Assembly (NCBI GenBank): GCA_012295275.1
Contig: CM022673.1
Coordinates: 24,924,001 to 24,988,000 of the forward strand
DNA: 64,000 nucleotides
Direction: 5' to 3'
DNA from: Chrysomallon squamiferum
Lineage: Eukaryota; Animalia; Mollusca
In this document: positions 15,501-30,900 of the stretch, piece by piece
Layout of the letters: each line of letters opens with the position of its first letter
How positions within the stretch are numbered: position 1 is the stretch's first letter
Position numbers and translations under genes: made by a program
The notes under the pieces: generated by a model
The model's database searches: none
What the model was told of the DNA's origin: nothing
The model's input: only the letters and a program-made list of their open reading frames with translations

Positions 15501-18500
15501 TTTCTGTTTTATTATTACTGTTATTTATTTTATTTTATTATTTTTTTAATTATTTTATTTTATTTTATTTTATTTAAAACTTTGTTAGGTATTCAATATG
15601 TTTAAAATGATTTTTTTTTTTTTTTTTTAGATAATATAAATACCTGAGCAATTAATTATTTTGAGTTTATTTGTGTAAAATTTTGTACAATTTTAGATAT
15701 ATTTTAAAAATTTTGATGAAACCATTAAAAAAAGTAAAAAGTAATAATGAAATATGTAGATAAAATTAAACTTTCAACATCATTTAAATTTAGAACTAAA
15801 TCTATTTGCATTTTGTATAAATAAATAAATAAATATATAAATATATGTAATACATTGTTATTGTGCAGTGGACAGGAAAGCATTTCCTGCCATTATAATT
15901 TTAATGATTTTCTTTCATTTTCAAACTCTGTCCATCAAGGTATCCAACTCATCTTTTATTAATATGAATAACACCAAGTGTTACAGACAGAGATAGATGT
16001 ATAATGTAACCAACAAAGTAACATAAAGAAAACTTGTCTAGGACACTGTGTTAGTTGTAAAAAAAACACTTGAGTAGAACTGGTCTAAGCAAATAACAGT
16101 GAAGTGTGTGTACGCTGTTATGTTTTTATAAATCATATTTCTTGTTAAACTAACTTAATAGCTAAACTGTCACAGTGGAAAAAAACCCAACAAAAACAAA
16201 TTGTCTGATTTTTTTAAACTTAAAAACAAAAACTAAACAAAACAATGATTTGTTATTTTAATGACAAATAAGTTTGTTTTAATTATTTTGATTGTACATT
16301 AATTATATTTTAATACGAAAACATCACATAATATCTCTCTGTCTATAAGATTTAATACTTTACAGTTGCATACCTGGATATATACGGCTCTTAATGTATG
16401 TACATACAGCAGCCTGCTTTTACTTCACAAAACTGCTTACAAAAGCCATCATATTCTGATTGCAATTTAAATGTTTTTTTATTTATCTCACTTGGCTGGT
16501 TATCAAACATATTGGTCACCGGTATTTAAACGAAAGAAAGAAAGAAAAAAGAAAGAAAGAAAGAAAGAAAGAGAAGAGATTACTGTTATCTGGATTAACG
16601 CTGTGAGTAAGGATATATTGTTTGTTATCCAGGAAATGTGGAGTAGAGTTAACTTGACATCAGACGTGCTTCGTTTCACAGAGGCTGAAAACTGGTTTTA
16701 CTACCTCCGTGTTGGGTGACGTTTACAGCGTGTGTGTGAGAGACGGTCCCAACGTTCACGTCTGCCCAACACGTTTGTGCAACATCGTCTCATGTTTTAG
16801 CCCCCCCCAACCCCCGGAAAGTGACAGAAATGAACGCACGATGAATTCTACGGAAAATGTAATATGGAGACATTACTCGCAGGTAAAGAAAAAATAAATA
16901 ATAATAATAATAAATAATGAGAGTCAGACTTTGTTTTTAAAGTCTGCACTGTTTTGTTACTTTAGTTCTTAGTTTAAATACATCTTGCTGTTGTCATAGT
17001 GCAGTGATTTCAGTCACACTGGCTGATTTCAGTGTAGACAGGCGTATAATCTACTCGTTTGTTATGCTTAAACAAACTTAAGTTTATGTGGTTATTTTGA
17101 CACTGTTTAATGCCGATTAGAAAGAAAGAAACCCTACATTTTATCATTACGTTATAATTAAATATTAATAGTCTCAATAATTTTTTAGTCTTATTTGTGT
17201 TCTAATACATACTGCATTATTATTATTTTTATTGTTATTATTATTATTATTATAATAATATATTATTATTTTATTATTATTATTATAATTATTACAACTT
17301 TAGCTACTATTATAGTAATAAAGACTGTAACATAGAATCAAAACAAGCATATATCTTTGTTTTAAATATCTTTGTTTAAACATGTTTGATTAAATATCTT
17401 TCTATACAGTACCCTGGAAATAAAATCAACAGGTAAAAACCATCTCATATATTTGCTAATTTAAATACTAAATGTCATTTAAGCATATTTTAAAACACAT
17501 ACCATCAACTCATATTGCTCTACATATATATTTTTTAATAAGATTTATTATATGCATATTCCCTTTATAGTGTTTGTTTGTGTGTGTTAATTTAGCTTGT
17601 ATATGTAAATGTCTTGTTCATTTAAATGTGCACCTTTGTCACCCAATAGCTGATGAACTTCTATGTCAGGGTAGCACTTAAATATCTGTTAATTTACTCA
17701 ATCATCATCTAACTTGTATGACTACTGTATAACTGACACAATTATTTGCAAACGAATACTGCTGATAACAAACTTATAAAGCACACCTGTAGATAGGTTT
17801 ATTAATTATCTAGCACAGGTAAATGCATGAGTAAACACAGACTAAAATATTAAAAAAAAAGAAAAAAACATGTTTGTGTTGGTGTTTGTTTAAATACCTT
17901 TCCTGCTGTAATTTACATACAGAGTGAATGTACTTTGAAACGTGCTGAAACAGATATATGCAAGTAAAGGTGTATATAAATACACAAAAATTATCGCAGC
18001 AAGGCCATGTGTTGTCTAAATATCTGAAAATCAAGTAATTTAATAATCAGCAGTGTTTGATATAGACTTTTAATGTTCTGCTTATGAATACATGAATATA
18101 TATATGTATACACATACATATACATAATACATTTTCTGTTGAAACTCTAAAACAGAAAAACTTGATATTTAACTCCATATTTTACTGTCAGAAAATTATT
18201 TATCTTGATGTTTTGTTTCTGTGATTCTAATTTGAATACATTTGTGTGGATAAATTTTGTGATTTAAGTTGGAATAATTTTTGTTACTTGTCAATTTTTG
18301 TTGTTATCGGTACAAATTTTTATTATTATTTTTTTTTTTATTAAATTAAAAAATAAAATATTTAGTACCATTAAATCATCCATGAATGATACAGCTTTTT
18401 GCACTTTCAGAGATAATGTTTGCTACAAAAAAGTCTGCAGCTGTATAACTTTACAGTTTCACACAGCTCTTTTCAAATTATTTGCTTCTGAAATAGTTGT

Positions 18501-20902
18501 TATTTTTATATAAATTTAAAAAATTATAAAAAAAAAAAAAAATCTTTTCTCTTGACTGGGCAGTTGTATTTTTTTTAAATCTGTCAAACTGAGAAAAAAA
18601 AAAAAAAAAAATTAACCGGATACTGAATATAATTTATTATTTGTAAATATTGGACTATGTTGCTTATTGTCACCCTTTGCTTGTCTGAACATTAATTTAA
18701 CATGGCTGCAGTGCCTGTAGCCAATCCTTAACTAGAAGTCTGTTACATCCAGCTATATGATGTGACAGGTACAAATGGTCTGAGCTAAAAAAGCTGACAA
18801 GTAAAAATTATGTGATGAAAAAAAAAAAAACCCTGCACATTCTGGTGTCCACGAGAGAGGTTTTCATGTCCATAAATAAACAGATCTTTGACAGATGACA
18901 GTGTCATCCTGCAGGATGAGGTGTTTTTGTGTGCATGTGCTGCCTTGTTCTGCTGATTCCCACACTGGGTCTGTTTAAAGATTAATTACATAACTCTTGC
19001 AGACAATAGCTGGTGTTAATTAATTTCCTGATGTTCACCCAGAGTTCATTAGTGTAATGCATTTGTGAAAAATTGTCTCAGGAGGGAGTTACTGTGAAGT
19101 TAAAAATAGAAGAGTTTTCATTGATGTCAGTGTAAAGAGAACAAAAAAAATAACAAAAAATACACACTATCTAATAACAACGACAACCAAAAAAAAAGGA
19201 AAAATGAAAAAATACAAAAAAACACACAAAACAAATGAAGTCAGTAATTGTTAATGAAAACACAAAAGTATTAAAAACAACAAGGACACAGGGTAAAAAT
19301 ACATCAGCCTTAGATATACAAAGGTTTCTGTTTCATTATAAAATTTTTGTTTCAAATAATCAAGCGTTATTGTTTGCCAAGTTCTTACTGTCCATCCAGG
19401 ATAGTTGAGATAAAAACTACAGTAAATAAGATTAAGAAAAAACTTGTCTATGAAATACACCAAGTACAGAGTTAACAATTTAATTATTTTTTTTTAAACT
19501 TGCGATTGTGCAACTTTAAAATTGTCTTCTAATGTTTATTTTACACTGATCTTTTTCAAGTACCACAAGGTGGGTTTTTTTATCAGTCTGTTTAAACACA
19601 GTTTTCAAAGTCTGCACAAATTATCTTGTTAAAGAAATTGTTTAACTTGAAATGAAACTCATAAGGTCAGTACAGAAGTACTCTGTTTAATGAATGAATG
19701 TGATCAGACAATTACCTAATTTTCTGTTTTTCATTGCAAATGTAATCTCATTTGTCAGTTTAATAATGCTTGTTTTTCATTCACTTTAGTATTTTAAAAT
19801 GTGTGATTCTAATATTTTTCCATTTCACTTGTTAATAAAAATGTTCTGAAATGATCTTTTTATCCATACAGGTGTTTCATACAGGTGTTTGACACACAAA
19901 TGTCTGTAAATAATCACATTAATTTTCTACCAGACATTTTAAAAAAACAATGTGTCATGTTGTTTCTTGTTTTATAATTATTAGTTTATTGTTGTTGGGT
20001 AAACTATGATATATTCTACATTATTTTTATTTCAAATTTTTTTAACTGACTAAACTAATACAAACACACAATTTATGTGCAATAATGAAATATCTCCTGC
20101 AGTCTGTCCTTTGATCTCTCCCAACAGTGTTCTTTATGTGGACAATCACTGAATTATTTATCAGCTGCACCTAGCTTGATCCCCTCTGTAGCACACTATC
20201 ATTTCATCTGCCATTTCGTTATCAAACAAAACAACACTTTATATTCTTAATACACATATCAGCAGACAAATCCCCACAAACTTACAAACATGACAAATAC
20301 AATATTCTACGTTTCAAAGTAAAATATTCTCAGGTTAAAAAATGTTTGTGTTAGTAGGAAGATGCCTGTAGCTTAGAATGCCTAGCTCCAGGATTGATGG
20401 ATTGCAGGATTAATCCACCTTAGAATGCCTCGTGGCCATTTTCCCTTCTTCAGCCAGTGTTTTTCTCAACATGTATATTAAAAGCTGTGGTATATGACTT
20501 CAGTCTGCAGGCAGGAATACGTAACAGATCTCTTAATGCAAGTCCATAAGAAAAACCATTTCTGTGTTTATTCTCCCATGTCCTTGTATAATAAGTGAAG
20601 TCGGTCGCATGTAATAAGTGTTAAAATGTGTCGATAAAGATTCATTCATTTGATTTCATAAGAACTTGACTTGAAGTAATAAAGATTTCTTTATTATTGT
20701 GATTATTATTATTTGATATAGAAAATTTTCAATTTTTTTTTTTTGTTGTCATGTTTATAAAAGAATGAATGAATGACTATTTAATGTCAGAGTTTATCTT
20801 GGGATTATTAAGAAACCTTTATATACATAAACACACACACACATACATGCAGTCTCGCTTTCACTCTCTCAATCATATATACATATGTGCATACACATGC
20901 AT

Positions 20903-20976
<74 letters not shown>

Positions 20977-21301
20977 TAAAAGCTGACACACATTACAATA
21001 ATCTGAGTCAGCAGTCTGGAGGGGCTATATTTTCCAGTGTGTCTTAGTGATTGATCAGCTGTCCACCAAACTTAGTCTGACCAAATCTCTGGTCAGATCT
21101 CATTCCATCATAAATCTCTGTACTGGTCATTGCCTTGTCCACTTCTCAACACAGAAATCAATACTGGTTTTCATCTCAGTTTTCATAATTACAGCAAGAT
21201 TAGTGTAGATGAAATAGCTCAGAGCAACAGAAAATTACTTGATTATCTCAGCCTTGTAAAAAATTCATAAACCAGGTTATACCTTAAACCAGCCCATCCC
21301 A

Positions 21302-21387
<86 letters not shown>

Positions 21388-24300
21388 GAAATGTATTCTT
21401 TCTTTATTCAAGATGAACCTAACATATTTATCTTGGAATGCTATTGAATTACATGATAGTTATTTTGAACAGCACCACAGAATAAATGTACAAACACATT
21501 GTAAATATGTGTTCACATTATCAGGTTCACAAAAAATTGTGCTGTGAACCATTTTGCTATGGATATGAAGATTCATATCCTTTGTGCTGTTTACATAGAT
21601 CACTTTCAGACAGAATCTGTGGAATGTCAACATTTAGCTATGACATATATTTCATCAATTTACACAAACATATTAGTCATTAAAGTAAAACACATTCTTC
21701 AAACTGACAATGCAGTCAATTATTTCAGCTTCAAAGAATATTTTTCTTAATTCTATTTTTGATCACTAACTGTATTACCAGTATAGTATTAGATCTGTAG
21801 AGTGATAGCATGCAGATGGATCAAAAACACAATAAGCTGGTGATGGTACAGTAAATAAATTTTAATTTTGTTTTGTTTAGGTAATGTAAATTTGAGAAAC
21901 AAATCAGTTGTTTCAGAATCTACAACTTTACATTAAACCAATATTTGTTTCCAACTCCATCCCTGAAACTAACATTAACCAAAACTTGAAGGTTCCTAAC
22001 ACTAAATTCAATTGTCCCTAAGAAATTGATCTTAAAACTTGTTAGATTTCATCAGTGTTTTCAGTTTCGCTTGTTATTTCTGTTTTGTGTTTTCTGCTGC
22101 AACATTAAACTTCTTCCAATGTAATGCAGCAGATAGGAAAGGATTAAATGAGACTGGTTCGTATGTCCACAGTGTGTGAGCTGATGTTGAAAAGCTGATA
22201 AGGAGATGACAAGTGGAACGTGAAAAATCCATTTACTTTGCATCCATCAAGGAGATAAACAGCGTCATCAGACTCAGAGGTCACTGTGGAAGAGACAAGA
22301 TGGCCAGAGAGATCAATACAAAATAATAACACGTACTGACCAAGTCCCAGAGTGTGTCCACTGACTGTTACAAAGAAAGAAAGAGAATCGGGAGAGATTC
22401 CACCATTTCAAGATCCCTGCTCAGGGTTAGGGGTAATTTGAAGATTATGTTCAAGGTTAGGTTTTTTTTTTTTTTAAAGTTAGTTTTGGGGTTATGGTGT
22501 TTTTTTTAATAATTTCAGATATGAGTAAAGTCAAATAATTTCTCTTTACACAGGTTTTTAGATATTGAAACAATTGAAAGTTTTTAGACATGAATTTCAA
22601 AGTCTTAAGTTTTTATATATCTATCTGAGAATATCTTTAATTCTGAATTTTAATCCTTGAATTAGACTTAATAGTATTACAAAATTTGTTTAAGAGGACA
22701 TATGTATATATAATTTTTTTTATATATTCGGCAGTAAATTGGTTATAAAGGTCAATCAGTTGATTTTTGCAAAGTCTGAAAGGGATAAAACAGCACACAT
22801 TATTTCAAACCAATACAAACTGAATTAAAAATTAAAAATAAACTTCAGTATCTATAGTGACTAAAGATTCAATCACAAAGAACTGAAATAAATAATTCAG
22901 CGGTTTTGTAGCCACAGTCTGATGATGTAAGCCTGAACACCTGCAAATCACTGTTAAAGAAGAACATTTGGACTATAAAAGAAACCATTGCCTGGGTACA
23001 GACAACTTCAGCGTGTTGGGTAACTGAACGTTTTTCTGGGAGATGGGTCATTGTTCACTGATATCAGCTGGTAATCCCAGTGTACTGCAATCAGCCTCAC
23101 ACAGGTACAGCTTGTCTCACACACAATCAGTCTCACTTGAGATGTGATTTGTGGTCACTGGAAGGAATTACAGGTCCACCTCTGATGCAAGTTTGTCTTT
23201 GCAGTCTCACACATTCCTCAGCAAGGTTTGATGTCCACTGACGATGGTGATGTATTTGTTTTTACAGCACTAACACCTGTATATTCTACTAATTATTGTA
23301 CATATTAAAAAGAAGTGTTGTATTTTACACAGCAGTAGATGTTGACATAGTATTACACAGAGCTTCTGTACTGATTAGCTAAACTGTAACGTACACTGTT
23401 TTAGTAAGTACTTTATACAGTAGTTAGGTTATAATAATAATAATGATGATGATGATGATGTTGTACTGGATCATTGGTGTTTCCATATATCATACACATG
23501 TACTTGATGCTGTGATAGTATACTATAACAGTATTCTCTATTAATATACATAATATACTATATCATTACACTGTTTTAAAAACTCTACTTCAGTGATTGT
23601 GTTAAACATACATACATATACATACATGTACGTATACACATACACATATATACACACATATATACATATACACACACACATATATACATACACACACACA
23701 CATATATACATATATACACACACACATATATACATATACACACACACACACACATATATACACACACACACATACATACACACACACACATACATACACA
23801 CACACACATACATATATATACACACACACATATATACATATACACACACACATATACATATATATATACACACACATATATACATATATACACACACACA
23901 CATATACATATATACACACACACATATACAAATATACACACACATGTATACATACACACACACACACATATATACATATACACACACACATATACATATA
24001 CACACACACACACATATATACATACATATAAAATCACACACATACACACACACACACAAGTACCTTATGCTGTCATTGTATATTACAATAAAACACTAGT
24101 TTAGTTATCAGTATCTGTAACAGTATCTTGTTTTATGCTGATATAGATATGATACCTTAATAAAACTATAGCAAGAACTGACTATATAGTAATATGATGC
24201 ATGATAATAATATTGTACTGTAATATGATGTTATACCAACATCACAATAATAATAATAACAATAATTCAGTAATAAAAGAACTCTGTCGCGATGTACTGT

Positions 24301-27300
24301 ACTGTATACTAGGATAGACCACACATTAATTATTCAGCTCTAAAGTACTTAATAATAATTTTAAGCTATAAGGTCTTGTTGCTGTTCTGAAATAACTATA
24401 CAGATGTAACATAAAACAAAAATAGTTTATTTATAAAATGGTTCACTGTCCCTCTGAAGTTGTTTGTATTTACTAAAACTGACATCAGAACATGAATAAA
24501 TAACTGACATACAGATAGTTCATTCTGTTTTCTAATCACACCACTGATTTGTGCTGGTATTGGTAAATACTGGTGAATAACAAGAAACACAGGGTAGAGA
24601 AATGTGTTGAAGACTGACAGGTCCTAATGACATAGATGTAATATCTGAAATGATTCACACAGGATAGCTTACACACTCTGTCGGTGAGGAATGTCAACAC
24701 AGACTGAGTTGCTGGTGTCTGGGAAACAGACTAATTACTAGTGAGTGCTCTACTAGTGACGGAATTAATTTCTAGAATTCTTGGACTGTGATTGTGCAAG
24801 TGGATTATCATGGTATGTCATTTTGTTAATGAATCATTATGCAACATATCATATTTAAAATCCTGGAATAGCATTGTCATTTCTGAAATCTGGATAGTTC
24901 ACTGTGGTTATTGTTACAAGAATATTATGATATGGTAAGTTATCTTATCTTTATGTCACAGCTTTAAGAAAAGAGATCCATAAAAATTGTCATATTTATC
25001 TCACTTCCACACTATTCTGTGTCTGCTTTTGTATCTTTTACTTCTGAACATAAAAGTATTCACAAAATTTTATGATGAAATTATTTTATGAACATCTTTT
25101 AACAGTTTTTGTATGTCTATTTTTGATATTCTGTATCTTACATTAATGAATTTGTTTCATTTTCAAGAATTCTTTATACAAATACTTGAACTTTAATTTC
25201 ATTGAATAACAGGAAAATGTTCAGAAATGAATCTGAGAATTCAGGATTCAGAGATGCACCTTCACTGTGATAATAAAATCAAGATAAAAAAATTTTGGTT
25301 TTATAAAATGAAACTTTACCCTATTCAATTTGTAAGGAGTTCATTAAACCAAATTAAAAAAAATAAAAGTTTTTTATTCTTAACAATTTATGGGAAAAAA
25401 AATGTCTTGATGGCATTGTTAACAGTGAATTAATTTTTATCAAATTTCCCTTTTTTTTTTTTAATGAAAATTCAAACTGAAGTCATGAACTCTGTTGTTG
25501 GGAAGAAACTGAACATTTTCTTTTTGCTGTGTATTTAATTACATCTGCTGTAGAATTTTTTTAACTTGACATTTCCCATCAGTGACTCCATGTGCATGTA
25601 CAGTATTAACTTAAATCTTTCTTGTCATGAAAAAAAAAAAAAACCCAGCAAACACAGCAGCTGCCCTGTCAAACGATTTCATGTTAAACTTTGCAAAGTA
25701 AAATGATCCATACTGACAAAATTTAATGTTGCATTCATTAATTTAATCCGTGACACGTCAGTTACTGGAAATTTGTTGTTTTGGACACACGCAAGTGTTG
25801 AGTAGTTGGGATTTATTTCATTTTTGATGAATTAATTTTGAGTTTATTAATATTATTATTATTTTTTTTTTTTTTGTTTACCACTTGAGATAATGAAATT
25901 GTCAAGAATATTTTATTTCAGAATGCAGTTTTTCTCTTTGAAGTAAAATTATGATTAAGAACTGGTTTTTGTTTCATTGGCATAATACTCTGATTATGCT
26001 AGGTTATATTTAATCACTAACAGTGTTTCAGGTTTAAATTTTAAATAAGAAACCCATCAGTCCACCACTCTAACCATGTGTCTGGTGATTGGACATAGGT
26101 GTCTGATGTCAGCACTGTCTACAAAGTATTACATTACATAAGTGTCTGGTGATTGGACGTAGGTGTCCCATCTCAACACTGTCAACAAAGTATTACATTA
26201 CAGTGTCTGGTGATTGGACATAGGTGTCTGATGTCAGCACTGTCTACAAAGTATTACATTACATGAGTGTCTGGTGATTGGATGTAGGTGTCCCATCTCA
26301 ACACTGTCAACAAAGTATTACATTACATGAGTGTCTGGTGATTGGACATAGGTGTCCCATCTCAACACTGACAACAAAGTATTACATTACACAGTGTCTG
26401 GTGATTGGACATACTTGTTTGATGTCAACACTGTCAAAAAAGTATTACATTACATAGTGTCTGGTGATTGACATTGGACACATTAGGTGTCTGATGTCAA
26501 CAAAGTATTACATTACATGAGTGTCTGGTGATTGGACATGGTGTCCCATCTTGGACAGTGTCTGGTGATTGGACATAGGTGTCTGATGTCAACACTGTCA
26601 ACAAAGTATTACATCACATAAGAAATGATACTTTTTGACATCCAGGGCAATACAGATATTAAACTCAATTCATAAAAGGATTTTAAAAACTGCATTTTCC
26701 ACAAAAAAGAATATTTGAGGAATGTTACCCAAGAATAATTTGATACAGCATTTGTCACACTACAGTAGTAAATGCAGTATAACAGCAAATCTACATGCAT
26801 ACATAATTACCTCACATACAGACCCACACAAACAAAATGAACAATAAAAGATAAATAAAATAACACAGCATGAAAGCAAGAACTATTCTTTCTTATTATA
26901 AATGCATAACAGAACATGTTTACCCAGTGAATCATTAGCAAAATAAATGAAGTAAGACTGATTTCAGTGATCAGCAAATGATAATTTTATGTAATGGAGA
27001 AATTATTGATAACCACACAAGCTATTGGTCAGATGTAGAGTTTTAAATGTGTATTAGTATAGTTTATTAATGTAGATTATCTATTTAGTACTGATATGTT
27101 AACTAGTAGAAATGGGACTGTCACCTGGTGAAAATGTCAGTTTGTCCTCTTATTGAATTTTTGCAATGTCAAGATAACTTGGATGTGTACCAGTTTTTAT
27201 TTTATTATCATTTTATTAATATTACTGCAATATCATGTTTATGATGTATTTATTTAAAAAAAAAAAAAAAGTAAAAAAATAAAAAATAATTCTAAAGTTA

Positions 27301-27884
27301 TGAAAATTAGATAAATCTTTCAAATAACAAGTAAACAGTTTGGTGTAATATCTAAAATGTATACGCAGAAAATAAGTTGTTGACTTACAGATAACCTCAG
27401 AAATGATTGATAAAACATCTCATTACATAGACTTCCATTATTAATTTGTTTTTGTTTTTAACATGTAGTTTACATGACTGATGTTTATGACTGTAATAAA
27501 TGGACATGAATTTGTTTTATTACAAAAAAAAAAGAGTTTGTGTTATCTTACAGGATTTCACAGTTAAACTTGGAGTGAAGTAAAATGAAACAGTTTATAT
27601 ACTTTTTAGTCTGTGTGTGTATTGTGTACACTGCACTTTGAAATGATCAATTAAGCTAAAATGATTTTAGAAAAATCTTTTTTTTTTTTTTATACATATG
27701 ATAATTTTTATGTATTTATTTGAACATTTTATCTGTTTGTCTGTTTGTTTATATATTTATCTATTTATTTATTAATTTATTTATTTATTTATTTATTTAT
27801 TTGAACATTTTTATTTATTTATTTTGTTTATTTTTGTTTATTTATTTATTTATTTATTTTTACATTTTATTTATTTATTTCATT

Positions 27885-27915
<31 letters not shown>

Positions 27916-27940
27916 CTTATTTATTTATTTATTTGTTTGT

Positions 27941-27995
<55 letters not shown>

Positions 27996-30900
27996 TTTTA
28001 TTTCCGCAGCCGAGAACGCGGGAACATCAGCGACGTCGCACAACGATCGTGACCTACGACCCCGACCACAACCGCTCCACCGAGTATGACTCGGGCACCG
28101 TGTCCGACATGGACGTCCCGTCTGGCGGCTTCACTCGCGGCGGCTTCAGCCGTTCCAGCCTGCCAATCGTGCGGAGTGCTTCCCTCTCGTTTGAGAGGCC
28201 GCTGGGGGACACACTGGGTAAGTAATCTCGTTAACTTACCTGCAGGTGCTAATTACACCTTCTGTAGACTTCACAGTGTCACGACACAAACAGCAGAATC
28301 TCGTCATTAACCTGACTGGAGGTTGAAGTTACAGTTACTATATAAGTTTGCAAGCATCATCAAGTTTTTATTTACACCAGAAATGAGTTTGAGCTCCGTT
28401 GTCTGGAGTGATGTGTTAATCAGAGGAATATTTTCATTCCATTCTAATGCATCTCTCTGATGCTTGCTGAAGAAACTGTTGTCTCGAGGATTTTTTTTTT
28501 TATCTTAGTTGTCACATTGGGTTCAGATATTCATTGTTAATTGGAATCCAGTGAAAGTTTTAATCATATGTTTCTTTTATTTATGAACATAAAAAGAAAA
28601 AGGGTTTGATGATGATAAATGAATGATATCTGTGCAAATTCCAAGGTAATGTTTGCTATTAATTACCTGAATGACTATTGATGTTCATTCAACTTGTTTC
28701 TTGTATCAGGGATACCAGATATTGTACTGAATGCTAGTTTGATTTGAAAATTTGTTTACAGGATCATTGCTGATGATTTAAACTGAAATATGTTAAATCT
28801 TTGAAGACTATTTGAATGTCTTTTCAGGAAAATCTGATCTGAAAATGTGATTTTACGAGTAAACTGTTTTGTTTCAGGTTTGGTGTTTCTCGTGTACGGA
28901 GATGAGACAAAGAAAGCCCTGCTGCCCAACGAGATCACCACACTGGACACAGTCCGAGCTCTCTTTGTGCGGTCATTTCCCGAAAAAATCACCATGGATT
29001 TCTTTAAGTGTCCTAAAAAGAAGATCTATGTTCTTGAGCCAAAGTCCAACATTTTCTTTCAGCTGGAAGATCTGAGGTAACAATTCAGTGATTAGTGAAT
29101 TTTAAGTGCATTAGAGACACAGAATATTTACTTTTTTTTTTTTAAATTTCTAAATTATTCTACTGTTTTAAATGTTTTTGTAATTGGCTACACTCTGAAA
29201 TTTATGATTAAATGAACTGAGTTGTGTTTTTATTTGCTCTGATAACAAATAATTTACACCTGATTGCTGATTTTCTGTTTTAACAATGCAGTTCTGATTA
29301 CATACAAAATTCTGATTCTAAAGTTGAATGTGTAAATAATTTTACAGTTTTTATAAAAAAAATAAAATAATAATAAATGATCCAGTTAAACAGAATCTCA
29401 AAATATATAATACGGAATGAAAAACTGTCAAAATCTTGCAATATTTTTATTAGTTTATCAGTAATAAATTGGAATGTTTCATGTTGAAGGGTGCTAGAGA
29501 CTGCAGTATTGATTATTTCGTTATAAACAGTAAATTGGAATGTTTTGTGTTACAGGGATATCCGGGACCGAACAGTTCTGAAAGTACACGAATGTGACAG
29601 TCAGGAGCCGCAGAAGGTCAAGGACATCCAGCCTGTGAGGGGGCGCTCGGTCCAGTTGGCCAAAACCCGACCTCCCCCGAAACCTGCCCACACGATTGTC
29701 GATGATCAAGCAAACAGAGACAAGGTAGTTGTTGTGTTATTTTTACATACGTAAACATAAAACTACAAAAAACATCATCAATATTTTTCAGTGATTAAGT
29801 TGAAAAAATAGAAAATAATAAAATTATATTTTTGTAATGTTTTTACTAATTGATAATGTTTTTCTTTTAAATGTTAAGTGAATTGGTCCCATTTTGATTT
29901 AAAAAAAAAAGATTCAAAACACACTTTAATCTTAGTTTATCCAATATCTCCAAAATATTTTTTTGTCATTAGTTTTGTTTTAGCCAACAGAACAGTTTTA
30001 AAAAGTCCAGTTCAAGTTGATTAAAGTGATTTAACTTTTGTTCAGTACGCCAGAAGTCAGAGTCTGCCTCCTCACATTCCCCACGGTTACCAGAGTCTGA
30101 TGGACGAACAGCGTGCTCAGTGGGAGGCTGAGCAGAGGTCAAGGTCACAGACGCCCGATCCCCAGAGGCCGCACACGCTGCCCATGGCTCAGCAGCGCCC
30201 AAAGATCTCCCCCGACAGACTGCCGACGCCCGAGCGACTTCAGCTGGGGACGATACCGGAACACCACCAGATGAAGAACGGCTTCCCAGAACAAGCTGTC
30301 AATGGCTTCTACGACCCAGCGTACCACAGAGACCCCAGGCACCTGACAGCCTCTCCCACTGGGTCAGCCAGACCCTTTTCGCCACAGCCGGGGGTGCCCA
30401 TCTACGAAACACCGTACGGGTATCACCACCAGCAGCTACCTGGAGCCCAGCCCGCAGCCCCGCCTCAGACCTACGTCGCCCACAGCGTCAGAGCTAACAC
30501 TGCCCACGCTCCTCAGAGAGCTACCAACGTACCTGTCTCTGATCCACGTACGTAACACAGTATTTTAACTCCTCTTACTGTGTCTGTGCTAGTGATACAT
30601 CTGTGATTCTGTGATTTTGTGTTTTGTCCATGTTCTTGTTATTTCTCATTCTGTTCACACTGTTTCTCTTCTACATCCTAGTAACACACTCTTTATCCAT
30701 CTTTTATAACCTCTTACTGTGTCTGTACTACTGATACCTCTGTCATTCTGTGTATTGCATCTTCTAAGTGTTCCTTTTCTGTATCTCAGTAACACATTAT
30801 TTATTCATCCTCACATACCTCTTACTGTCCTTAGTTTGTCAAAGTCCTAATTTTTTCTCTTCATACAAATACCTGTCCTACAGTTGTTGTAAATTAGATT

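Noticed and set aside
22200-22430. GC-richer coding-looking stretch ending in AGG|gttagg
   Set aside because: Stops interrupt the frames (TAA TAA at ~22323) and there is no ATG in frame with the donor; at most a non-coding exon
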